Origin: Octopus vulgaris
Taxonomy: Eukaryota
DNA: 64,000 bases
Assembly: GCA_951406725.2 (NCBI GenBank)
Contig: OX597830.1
Span: 24,862,001 to 24,926,000 of the forward strand
Reading direction: 5' to 3'
Every line of letters begins with the position of its first letter. Within the stretch, counting starts at the first letter, position 1. Under the pieces are notes generated by a model that did not search any database, was not told the origin of the DNA, and saw only the letters and a list, made by a program, of their open reading frames with translations. A program made the position numbers and the translations under genes. Below are positions 27,622 through 41,469 of this stretch, one piece after another.

Positions 27622-30600
27622 ATTCTATTTTCACATCTCAGCACTATGAGGGAGGCCTTTGTATGGTAGAAATAGCAGCCAAATTTCTCTTGAATCACAT
27701 CATACAGTCTTCAAAATGGGGAGACTTCACTAGATTTATAGATTATGGTATTATAATGTATCCTTGTGATCCAGGGACAGGGTTAGTTTTAGATGTGAAA
27801 GTAACCCCTTTTGATGTAATACACCTCACCATGGTAATATTGCTTTTTACACTGGCATGAAGTCACGGATATTGGTTTTAAGTTTTGGCACAAGGTCAGC
27901 ACCTTCAAGAGAGGAGTTAAGTCACTTACATCAACCCCAGTACTCAACCTCAAAAGGATGAAAGGCAGAATTTGAACTCAGATTATAAAGAGGGATGAAA
28001 TGCCACCATGCATTTTGCCCAAACATGCTAACGATTCTGCCACCTTCACTGCCTTATGAGGTCACAGATATTAAGGTGTGCATAATCAATTAAATTAAAG
28101 CCAGTGCTTGATTGGTATTTTATTTCATTAACCTGAAGGACTTCTAAAAATGACAAGATGGTCAAGGACGGAACACCTTTCATCATAAATCTGTCTGTTA
28201 TAACAAGGTTGACCGAGGCTAAACAAGCACCACCACAACTGCCACTACCACCAATGCTGTAAGATACATTAATCACAAATGCAATTGTTCTTAAAATAAT
28301 ACTGACCCTGTTTTTTTCCATCTAATATTATTTCAGAATTGATGACATTCATGGGAGATCTCCCTCAAAGCAAGCAGGACACACAGTGTGCTCTGAGAAT
28401 ACTGAAGGTAAGTCGAAAGCTTCTAAAGACTACAGCCTCCTGAAAGGCCAACGTAAGTTCTATCAAATGGATAGAATTTAGTTATAGATATATTCATCAT
28501 CATTGGCACTTTTGTGTCCACTTTTTCCATGTTTCAAGTTTCGAGAGGTTGAACGCCAATGTTAGCTTTGATAAGGTTTCTACAGCTGGTTGCCCTTCTT
28601 GATGCCAACCATCTTAAAGAGGGTACTGAGTGCTTTTTTTTTTTCATGCCACCAGCACTAGTGAGGTTACTATGTAACTTGCAAGATAGAGGGAAGAGGT
28701 GAAAGCTCTCACTACTCAGAGAGGAGTATTTGAGAGGGAAGATCGAGGTGGGTGACTTTATGGATTGGCCAGAAAACTTTGAGGTGAAGAGCACTAAGGG
28801 ATGGGGCAGTTGGATCGTAAGTTCTAGAGGAGTGTGTAGAATGGTTTCTGCAGTAAGTTAAACTCTAGAATCAGTAGAGCATCTGAAAAAATGCCTTGAA
28901 GTATTTATTCCAGTTTCTTGTATTTGAAGGTCAGTGTTACATAAAAAGCACTCATGCTGGTGCCACTTATATAAGCACCCATACTGGTGCCATGTATGAA
29001 GCACCTACTACACTGTGTAAAGTGGTTGGCATTAGAAAGGGCATCAAGCTGTAGAGACTATGCCAAAACAGACAATTGGAGCTTGGTGCAGCTCTCCAGA
29101 TGGCCAACTCCTGTCAAACCCATGCCAGCATGGAAAATGGACGTTAAAGGATGATGATGATGATAAAGTTTTAACTTTAGGCAGTAGATGCTTTGCTTTA
29201 TTTGTTTCCCTTTATTTGTGCTCCGAGTTCAAATCCCACTATAGCCTGCCTTAGTCTAAGACCATCACTTGGTCTTTGGATACCATAAGTGGAGACACAC
29301 ATTTTTTTTTTTTTGCTGCTGCTCTCCAAGTTTCTTCTGTAAATGTAGACTTGGAGTTGCTCAGGTTGGCTACATTGGCTGCACCACTTTCTGTAGTGTG
29401 ACCTGCCATGTTCATGATAAACTAATCCCTTTTCCATGACAAAATCTACTGATATAATGAGCAGTGCTTCCTTCTCCTCCTCCTTTCTCTGACATACCAA
29501 TGAAAGGTAGTTAGCTGCTATGATATTTTCACTCTCTATTTTGTTAAAACACTGATAGATAATTTAGTTAGCTAATGACTGTATAAAATTTAACTATCTG
29601 TGTATATTGTAAGATCACGAGGGTGTTCATAAATTATCGTTACAATTTGAAAAATTCAGGGAAAAAAATGGAAAATAAGGATAACTCGGGAGAGTTTATT
29701 GGAAAACAAAGGCATACAAATAAAGTTTTATTAGAAATATTGGAACGCTTCATGCTACACTTGTCAAGAAAATTGTGTGAACATTGCAAAGATAATTTAT
29801 GGACACTCTTGTGTATAATTGTATATTTTATTCTTTATTAAATGTTAGAGAGGAATATATTTTATTCAATTAATCCCACTAAATATACTCTGGTATAAAT
29901 TAACTATTAAACTGAACATTTATCACCTGTGAATTTTTCTTCTGCTCGTACCAGTCAGTTACAAAAGCAAATAAAAAGTTGACCTCTGTAAGCTATATTT
30001 GTCATTTAAACTATTAACCTGGATTGAATCCACTCCACAAACAACACTGAACATGAAACTCATAACATTGGGTGTGAGGAGAGATTCTTTATGAAGTTAA
30101 CGATTTTAAATTTCAACTGTAGCATACATTCACCAGCAAATGTGGTCACTCAAATTCCTAGAAATAGCAGTTGTTCACTTTATTTTGCATGGTAAACTTA
30201 ATATGTCACCCACTTTAACACCTCTACATAATTCTTGGGATGCCTTTAGTGAACTTCACTTTGTTACAAGCATTTCAAGCAAATCTTGAAACAGGATATT
30301 TTCCTTCTTTCATTTTGCTGTCTTGGAGGCCCTGACAAGTGTCATGGATGCTATCTTTCCCTCTTATAGTTAATCCATTAAAAACAATCACATTCTACTG
30401 TCTTAGTCTGATATACACTATACTTGAAGAAAAAAACACAGTGGCCACAGCTGGAATACTCTTGATCATAAGTCTACTGCATCAGGGTAAACTTGCCTTG
30501 GGTTAAACAACAACTGAATGTGTCAAACTGTAGAAGAGCAAACAAATTACCAGAACACCACCAATTACAACTGTCTGAGATCCAAATTCATACAAGATCT

Positions 30601-33600
30601 AATCAACAAAAACCACTTGAACTTCAACATCCATTGAATTTTTTTGCCTCCCCTCTTATATAAAATATCAATCTTTAGGGAACAGCACTTAATTTTCCAA
30701 CAGGTCTAATCTGTGGGGCCCTGCAGTGCCAACTAAAAACAAGAATATCAATTAAAGAACTATTAAAACAAAATCTGGTTTTTCTGTTGAAGTAGTTACT
30801 AATCTCCAACCAGACATACACAATCAGAAACACATACACAAGCACTTAAATATTGTATAAAAAAAGAAAACACTTCAGTTTTCCACTGCTCAGCTGAGTT
30901 TTATTGTGTAGTTTATGTAAAAGTTAATACATTTAAAACATTTTTTCATTATTATAAAATAAAAGATCTAAAATATCAAACATAACAACCCTTAAGATTT
31001 TCTGATTAGAAACTACGTCTATAAGCATATGCATTATATAACTGTGTAAGTGTTCATGCATGTATGTATAATTGTGTATGAATGTTCATGTATGGGACGT
31101 GAATAAAAGCAAAGCAGACACAGCGAAACAGTTAAGTTGATTTCATCATCATCTTTTAATGTCTATTTTTCATACTGGCAAAGTTTATACATATAAAAAT
31201 CTTGTGCTGAATATTGCTAGATAACATTTTAGGTGAGCATCTTTTGCAGTAGCTTTGAGTCGTTGAGAGCTATGTCAACCTTTAACAGACAAACTATAGT
31301 CATATTTCAAAAGGCCCGACCATGTCACACAGACTGTCATGCTAAGTATGCTTAAGGACTACATCAAGGGTAGAAGTATCTATGGGATACTCAACTAGTC
31401 AACACTTAATATAAGGACTGAACCTTGTAATTTAACCCTTTAGCATTCAAGTTGCCCATATGCAACCCAAATATTCTACCTGTTTGATGTTCAAACTGGC
31501 CAAAAGCAGACTCTCATGGACACCCTACAATGTCATTCTAAATATTGGGTCATCTCATAAATAATGCAAATTTTTTATACTTCTTTTATTTTTCATAATT
31601 AAGATAAACTAAGTTCTTTTTTAACCTAAAGTATACTCTCCTTCATTTTCTACAATGATCTTCCGTCTATTTGGTAGACTTGCAAGACCCCTCTTCCAAA
31701 ATTCACTTGTCTGTGACAAAAAATACTCTTTCAATACTGTTCTGACCTTGTCTGCAGAATTCACATCTTTTCCATCCAAATGATTTTGAAGACTGCAGAA
31801 TAAATGATAATCAGGTGGGACAATGTCCAGCGAGTATGGTGGGTGGAGTATCATTTCCCATTCAAACTGCTCCAGCATTTGGAATGTCATCCTCACTGTA
31901 TGTGGCTGAGCATTATCCTGATGGAGGAACACTTTTTGTCTCAAAGCCAAAGATGGTTGTCTTTCTTCTAGTGCTGACTTGAATGACTGGCAGAATGACC
32001 AAATCCAAGCTTTTCTGCAAATTCCCCAACAGTTACAATGGGATTTTGTGCCACCAGGGTTTGCAGGATGTCCTCATTGAGCTCTACTGATCTTCCAGGA
32101 TGAGGCTCGTCTTCTAGGCTGTAGTTTCCATCTCAGAATTTCTGGAACACCATTGACATTGGCTTATTGTCTGATTCCCATATATTGCATTAATATTCCT
32201 CACACTTTCCATTGCATTGTTGCCTTTATTGAACTCATAAAGCAAAATATGCCAAATATTCTCCTTTGTCACTTCCATTATAGCTTTGAAAAAATAACTG
32301 TTAAATTTGAACTGCACTCTTCAAAACTTGCACTAAGAATAAGCACAAGTTAAAATTACTACCTGCTTTTATAGCAAATTGATACTGGCAGTTTATTCCA
32401 TCCCTACTCCAACTTTTAGTTCATGCAATTGAAAAAAACTGCTTTATTTATGGGATGACCCAATATAAACAATTACATCATTGAAATTTCAAAGCTATAA
32501 GACAATGCATGGTTAATTCAAAACAATGTGAATAAATAAGCATTGCATTTGACAGTAATCTGAATGTATAAGGGATAAAGAACCCAGTCATGGTGATGAC
32601 GCCAACCAAGAATTACATTAAGGGTACAACAGTCTGAGGAATAATTGCCTACTTACAATACAATTTAAATAGCTCCACTAATCAAACAGGAATAGTTATC
32701 ATCAACAATGATAATCCATTTCATCTTCATCATTATCCATTTTACATTCATCTTTTCCATGCTAGCATGGGTTGAATGAGACATGCTGAAGCAGTATTCT
32801 ATGGATGGATACTCTTCCTGATATCACCCTGTTGTTTTATCAAATAAAATACTTTATTCCTATCAAACTACAGCCATAGGTTTTGTTTGTGGGAGACATA
32901 AATGTCACCACTGAAGCAGCGTCAAGTAAAAATGTGTGAAAACAAATTGACACACACAGGTGCATATATACATATAGACATGTGTACATAAATACACGGA
33001 TATATACACTTTGTTGAGTGGGCATTTTTGTTTTGTGAATTACTTGGCAATGTCACTATTAGTGCTAGTGCCAAGAAAAAGACAGCCAGTATATTTTGTA
33101 AAATAGCTGGCATTAGGAAGGGCATCCAGCTTTAGAAACAGTACCAAAGTAAGCATTGGCACTTGACAGGATCTGATGAGCAAAAGGATCCTGTCAAACG
33201 CTCATCAGATCCTGTCAAACTGTCCACCTTATACCAGCATGGAAGACACATTAAATAACAATGTTGATACATGAATACACACACACACAACAGGCTTCCA
33301 TGCAGTTTCCATCTATCACTCATAAAGCACTAATCAGCCTGTAGTAGAAGACAGTGACATATTGTGGGATCAAACCCACATGGCTGTGAAGCCAATTTCT
33401 TAACTTCACAGACACAACTGCACCATTTGTTTACATATTCTGATATGAAGAGTAGAAGTTTTGAAAAAAAAAAAGAAGGCTAACAATGTCACTTGCAGTG
33501 ACATTGTTAGCCTTCTTTTGCTGTTTACATTGCACTGCTATCTAGAGACATGCATAGGAAGTAGTGCAGAAAAATTTAGCAAAAATAATAAAAGACAAAA

Positions 33601-33977
33601 AAGATCACCAATATTCTCCATATGTGAAGAAATTAGAACTGTGTATTGTTAACAGCAAGATAGATATAAATATTCGGCAGTCAGAAGTAAATATTTCTAC
33701 CCAATCCATATCAAATTTAACAAATGAAAAACTATCTATTGTTGGCCAGTTTCCACCACACACACAGACACACACACACACAGTAGTTCTATTGTTGGTA
33801 ATCATATTTATACAACAAATGCCTTTTGTTTAAACATAATGTCTCAGAGCATGTGTCTATTATGCATTTTTGCAACACAGAGGTGTTTGCTTTCAAATTA
33901 TTATTATGACTATTATTATTTTCTTTTTAAAAAACCATTATTTTTATTATTGTTGCTATATTTCTGTTATAGCTGTT

Positions 33978-34027
<50 letters not shown>

Positions 34028-36987
34028 TCCTAATATCTAAAGTCAACAAACACTGACTGAGAAAGGGACTCAGTACACGATGTAGTCAAATATTTATTTA
34101 TTTGCAAATGGAAAAGAGGGAATGAGGGAGGAGAGCTTGATCATGACCTTCAAGTTTCACTAAAGATTCTTATCAACCAAACCACTTGATACGCTTCTTC
34201 AACATATACATATACACACATGTGCATGTACATACTTTAAATAAAGTAATCCAGTAGCCTATTATTCGGGAGCTTTCCTGACAAGGTACCAGTTCCTCAA
34301 ACAATAAAGCCTATTCCAGTCAAGAAACCAGCAAATGTTGGGAAATCTCCAGAGTAACTTGGTCCAAGGCTCAACCTGAAACCTGAATAAACTTTTACAC
34401 TCTATGTTATGCTATTGAGTACTTCTTTTGTCATTCATTATAAGCTCCAGATATATATAAATACATAGGTGGGAGCTGGATATGCTCAGTATAGAAAACA
34501 TGTAGTAGTGCTCAAACTATTCCCAAATTCTTCATGCAGGACTGGGTCCATGGCAAGAAGAATGCCTATAAGAGAAATCCAAGTTAAGCTGATGTGGAGG
34601 TAGAAACACAAAATTTCTTAACTTGACAGCTGTTTCAGGAAGCATGGATTTCCTGAAACATTTGTCAAGTTGATAAATTTTATATTCTGCATATTTTATG
34701 TTCTATGTAAATATATTCATATGTATGTGTGCATGTGTGAAGATATATGCATCAATGTGCATGTATGTATATATATATATATATATATATATTTTAAGCA
34801 TAATTCTGTTTATCTTCATTACTACCTCTGTAGATATGTACAAGCACACACACACAAATATATAAGGTTACAGTGTTTTAACTTATTTCTCTGTTTTGTC
34901 TCAATTATGCAGATCTGCCACAAGTACCCTGAGTTAAGAGATGAAGTGTACTGTCAACTGTGTAAGCAGACAACAAATAACAAAAGTCCTAAAGCGTGAG
35001 TAAACATTGTAATAATTGGTTTGTTTTGTGTTTGCCTATGGTATGTGTGTTTATGAAACTTAAGCTGGGTGTGGGTAATGCAAATACCATGTTAGAGAAA
35101 GGGTTAAATATCCTGTGTATACCTGTTGCCCTATGTTTGTCTAAGCTATAACATTCCAGAAATTACAGATACTGTCAATTATAAGTGGCAGTTATGGAAA
35201 CAGAATCTCAGAATACTACTCTTAAAGCTATTCCCTTCACAGTTGGGCAGATATCACATGTCTTTTTATTTCTTTTATCTTTTACTTGTTTCAGTCATTA
35301 GACTATGCCCATGCTGGGGCCACAGTTGAATTTCTTTTTGTTGAATGAAGGCGCAGATGTGGCTGTGTGGTAAGAAGCTTGCTTCCCTACCACATGATTT
35401 CCAGTTCAGTCCCACTGCATGGCACTATGGGCAAGTGTCTTTTACTCGAGCCTTAGACCGACTAAAGACTTGTGAGTGGATGGAACCTCTTTAATCAAAG
35501 GTTTATTCAGTCTGAGTTGAAATGAAGATAGATACACACACGAAACATGACTGCCACTTACAATCAAAGTTGACTCCATATCAGAATGTACCATTATTTC
35601 CATTCAATGGGTATTTGTCCTCATCTTGTTTGTTGTTAATACAGCATTTCAGCTGATATACCCTCCAGCCATTATCAGGTAACTTGGGGAAATTTCAAAC
35701 CTGGGTTCTCATTCCTAAGGTATTTTTCGATATTACTATTGTTATTATTATTATTACTATTACTATTATTATTATTATTATTATGAGCATATGGCATAGT
35801 GGTTAAGAATGCGGGCTACTGACCCTAAGATTCTGAGTTCGATTCCGAGCAGTGACCTTAATAATAATAATAATAACAACATCGAAAAGTACCTTAGGAA
35901 TGAGAACCCAGGTTCAAAATTTCCCCAAGACACCTTGGTCAACTAAATAGAAATAGCAACCAATTATCTCTTGGTTCACAGCCTACCATCTTATAAAAAG
36001 GGAAAGCAACACTGTAAAGGGAAGAATACAGTTTTCTGTCTGTCTCGTTATATTCGCATTAAACTAAATTGTATAATTTCAAAAAGTTTAATTTCAGGAG
36101 AGAAAAAGAGAGAAAAGCAAATCACTTTCATTACTATTTTTCAGGAAAAGCTTGATCCGTGCCTGGAGATTTTTCGCATTATTTGCAGCCTACAATGACT
36201 GCTCTGGTACACTGAAACCCTACCTTCTGAAGTATTTGACAATTGCTGCCACAGATACATCAGATCCAAATAACATTTGCAGTGAGTATAGAAAGTGATA
36301 TTAAACGTTCTTGTTAACTTCATTTTTGTATCTGGTTTGCAAAATTCTTTTTGTGAATTGGTGTGTTGAAACAAATTTCAGTGTATCTAAGGAAAATCAT
36401 AAAGCAAATATTAACTCACACTGGTGCCACGTAAAAATCATCCAGTCCATACTGTAAAGTGATTGGGGTTTGGAAGGGCATCCAGCTATAAAAACCATAC
36501 CAGAACAGACACAAAAGTCTGGTGCTGTCTTCTGCCAGGCTAGCTCCTGTCAAACCATCCAACCCATGCCCGCATGGAAGGTGGACATTAAACAATGATG
36601 AGGACATGCACTGGTTTTATGATTAGCCAATTGGTTAAATATCCAAGTAACTAATCAATTCTTTGTTTAACTTGATTAAAAAATAAACCAAATAGTTAGT
36701 TGGATATTTAACCAGTTTATTAATTATAAAGGAGTGGAATTGAACCAGTGCATGTGTTAATGTTTGCATATTGTCTCTCCATAGACACACTAAATGCTTT
36801 TGATAACTTATTGAAAGATCATTTTTAACCTAAGGTGGAAATACAGCACCCATAGTCTTTTTCCAGAGTCTCAGTTGACTGGTGGGAAGAAAAGATGAAG
36901 TTATCTTTTGTCTGAAATCTCCACCAGAGGCATCCAGAAATGAGATAGTAACCACTTCCATCACCAACATATATGTGTATATATCCA

Positions 36988-37038
<51 letters not shown>

Positions 37039-37508
37039 TTATGTATATTAATCTTTATTTAACATGTTTTACATGTTGGCATGGATTAGATGGTTTGAGC
37101 ATCAGGCCCATGTTGAGCTCCAGTGTCAGCTTTGGCATAATTTCTACGGCTGGATGCCTTCCTAATGCCATAAGCGTGTGTCCTTCAAAAACTCCATGCT
37201 CCTTAAATTTGCCAACAGTACACCTAATGCCCTGCCTCCCCATTTGGGGACAAGCACATGCACACACAGATATATATATATATATATATATATATAACAT
37301 ATATATGATGGGCTTCTTTCAGTTTCTGTCTACCAAATCTTTTCACACGGCTTTGGTCAGCTCGAGGCTACAGTAGCAGACACTTGCCCAAGGTGTCACA
37401 CAGTGGGACTGAACCTGGAATTATGTGATTGGGAAGCAAGCTTCTTACCACACAGCCACTCCTGCACCTATATAAATATGTATATGTATATATATATGCA
37501 TGTACATA

Positions 37509-37561
<53 letters not shown>

Positions 37562-40271
37562 ACAATGGGCCTTTGCAATTTCCAGCTATCAAATGTCATT
37601 CACAAGTTATTAGTCCTTCTGAAGCTACAGTAGAGGATATTAGCCTAACATATAGTTCAGTGGAATTGAACCTGGAACTGTGTGGTTTTGAAATGAACTT
37701 ATAGACACCAAGTATAGCCATGTGGTTAACGACTAGAAATTCTTAGGGAAAAAATATAATAATCCCCTCTGTCTCTGCTTGTATCTACTTATCTGTGTTG
37801 CTGCCTTTCCTGCTTATCTACTCCTGATATATTCCCCCCCTCAATCTGAATAAATATCTTTACCCTCTCCGTTCACAGCTGTTGCTGATATATGCTTGAA
37901 GAACCTAAGAAAGACTCTACGATATGGAGGTCGGAAGAACGTTCCTTTAGAAGAGGAAATTATAAATATTACTGTAAGTTATCTCTATTTCTCTAATTGA
38001 TGTAAATATTTTTTTTGTTAAAGGAATGACTGGGGGTGGCAATTACTGAAGGAGACCTTCAGTAAGAAAAATGCAGGTATGTGGATGTAGGTAACATACT
38101 TAATACTGTGAGCCTCAAAATTTTAATTAAAATTACACTTGTAGTGAGAAAACCACTCATTAGCTTATTAATTAATGATGACCAAGTGTTTAAATTTTTA
38201 AGTTGACATTCACCAGGAGCACGCTTCATGAGAACCACATACCCACTCACCAAAGATGATAAATTTTTGCTACAGGATTTTATTTCTTGTTTGCAGTCTA
38301 CCTCTGAGTCTCCTACTGGTTGGTTTTGCCCATAAAACCTGTCCATTGATTCTTTCCTAGAACATTCTTACCCCCATGGCCATAGTGTCAGATCTATGAT
38401 CTCTCAATTCGGAAAAGGTGACTCTACTTGGTGTGCCTCTCTGATCTCTAAGTAGATGTCTATTAAGTAACAGTACTCCAAAGACTCTTCGGAGGAAACC
38501 CTGCTGGTATTTGAGATCATACTCCTTCAATTGTTACACAAGTTTCATGACTCTTGGAAAGGGTAGACACGAGCACCTAATTAAAGCTAGTGAGTTTGGC
38601 TTTTACACCTACCTCCCTTCTGACAGGACCCAATGGAAGGTGTGCTTGAGGACTCTGAACCCATGACTATCCCAGAAATAAGTGAGCAAAGAAGATGAGA
38701 TGAAGAATTTGGCTGTTGCAGTATTGTGATAAAATTCAATCATAATTTACTTTCATACAAAATATTACATACTCAAAAACAATATTTAAGTCAGACAGAT
38801 GTTGCATTGCAAATAGGAATCACCTCTTTACACACACTAACTCAACCCCGTTTGGATGGTGCTTTTTACATGCCACTGGCACAGGAGCCAGTCTCGGAGT
38901 ACTGGCATCGGACATGTTCGGTTGGTGCTTTTTACATGCCACACACGTACATACACCAACATACATATCTACATATACATATATACAATATTATATTACG
39001 TTGTATAATATTCTTTTTCTCTATTTTTAGGAAGGAAGAATGACAAAATCTCAGTTTTTCTCTTTCTCTGGAATGGACAAACCTAAACACACAGTTGAAG
39101 TTAGATCATCAACTGTAAGTAATATTTTAATGAGGGGTGGAGGATTTTATATAATCTGTAGATTATCGAACAAAATTTCTAGGGTTTTGTCACATCCCAA
39201 GTTTAAGTCACAACTTTGTCTTTCATCTTTCTGGTGATAAAGAAATAAGTGGCAGTTGAAAATTGGTTCCCAATTAGTCAACATTACCAGTCATTCAAAA
39301 TTTGAGACTTTCTGGTTATATTAGAAATGAATGCCAGAGCTTTCCCCTAAGAGAATTTCCATTTAACTACAAATCTCTAGAACTGTTGAACAATATGCCT
39401 GGTTCTCTATATTCTGACTTCAAATCTGCTGGGACCAACTTTGCTTTTCATCCTTCCAAAGTCAATTAATAAAGTACCAATCTCAGGCAGTTGACTGACA
39501 GAATTATCAAAGCATCTGAATCAATTGAGTGTCATGCTGTATTTGTACCAGTTCTTTATGTTCAGAGTTCAAATCTCAATCTGGCCTACTTGGGTGTCAG
39601 AGAATCTGATCCATCACCACATGGTTCTTGAGTGCCTTTAGTAGAACCTTCTCTGTTGCAAGCTTTTAGACTAAATTTCCAGTCTGAGGAAATCTTCCTG
39701 CCACTGGTCTGACACCCCTTAAAAAGGGTTATAGGCACTACCTTTCTTTTTGACTAAACAATGAAATGGACATCAAGAAGCAGTGAATTATTTTATTCAA
39801 TATTCAAAGATTCTTTCTTAAATGTCTGTTCTATCTGAATGTCACTTTATATATATACATATATATATAAATTTTTCTATATGTATATATAATTTATCTT
39901 TTTGTCTGCCAAAAACTTTTTCCATCATAGAAGGGTAAAATAATCTTTCTGCTGTTTTCATAGCTATACTGCGTTCAAAATATTATTTTCTTGTCTGTAT
40001 GATACGATACACATTCAATGCTTCCAAAAACAAAAACGTATGTTTATATATGCTGTTGTATTTCAAAAGAAGCTATTTATTTAGCATTTAGTTAATGGAA
40101 ATTGTTGTCAGCTGGTAGTTTAGCTTAATTAGTAGAGTGCTCAGCCGATATCTGAGAGATGACAACTTTTTCTGACATGTAAGGGTAAAATATACAATCT
40201 TTCTGTTTTCACAGCTATACTGCATTTATAGAAAGATAAGTTACACACAATGTATATATAATTTATCCTGA

Positions 40272-40303
<32 letters not shown>

Positions 40304-40673
40304 ATTTGTGTGTGTGTATATACATATATATATATATATATCAAAATAAGCAACAAGGATATCCAGAAGTAATGCAATATGATCGTTTCATGCAACTCCA
40401 TTTAATTGAATAATGCAAGCATTACATCAATTTAAAATGTAGAGCAATCTTCAGCTGCATAAAAATATATTTTTATGCAGCTGACGATTACATTTTAAAT
40501 TGATGTAATGAAATGATCGCATTGTTCAATTAAATGGAGTCGCATGAAACAATTGTACTGCATTACCTCTGGATATCCTTCTTGCTTATTTTGGTTATAA
40601 TCACCCCGTTTTGAATTATATGGATAATGCCAAACTAAATTCTGGTGCCTTTAACTTAAGTACCATAGTCATC

Positions 40674-40707
<34 letters not shown>

Positions 40708-41427
40708 ATTTGTGTGTGTGTGTGTATATATATATATATACCATTTAAGCATAATGATACTAAGTAATAATCTGCTGTCAGAATTCAATATACATATGCT
40801 TCAGAATAAATGATAAAGCATTACCTGAGTACAGAGTAATAATATTAAAACAAATAACTGACAAAAGAACAAGAAATTATGCACCGAGCTTCATTAGCTT
40901 ACAGCTGTTTCCACTATAAGATGTAGTGCCCTAAGAGCTGAGTGCTTGTGCATCACCTTATAGCTTCCTCAGAGAAACAGCTGGAAGCAAATGAATTTCT
41001 TGTTTTTTTTTGTTATTTATTTAATTTCATGCATACACACAAAATTCTTGACACCTGTTATGTTGAATACATGACAAATTGATATTTTGTTTTAGCTTGT
41101 CAAAGACATTATTGAAGAAATTGGTCAACGTCTGGGAGTCTTAGATTCAATTGAGCTTGAAGAATACTCACTTTTCCTTGTAATCAGTAAGTAACATTTC
41201 TATATAAATTTATGTTGAATTTTTGTAAACAGAGTGATCCTACAGACTTAAACTATTCTGAGTGCAGCCAATAGGATACTGGTAAAGCCACCCTCTAAAA
41301 TAACCAGTGGGACAAATAGCAAAACTAATCCCTGTGAAGCTGATGATATAAAGAATTAGACTTATCCCCTCACCCCCACCACAGTGGAGTCAACAAGATA
41401 AAGGGTTAGACTACTCCTTGGGAAACA

Positions 41428-41469
<42 letters not shown>

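Noticed and set aside
35785-35857. Functional tRNA gene
   Set aside because: A and B boxes are present but the acceptor stem does not pair and it is embedded in a repeat; treated as a tRNA-derived head, as are the other SINE heads.
39890-40270. Diverged direct repeat (aagggtaaaa..ctgttttca.agctatactgc) as another hammerhead-bearing terminus
   Set aside because: No complete CUGAnGA plus GAAA core with stems could be assembled on either strand.
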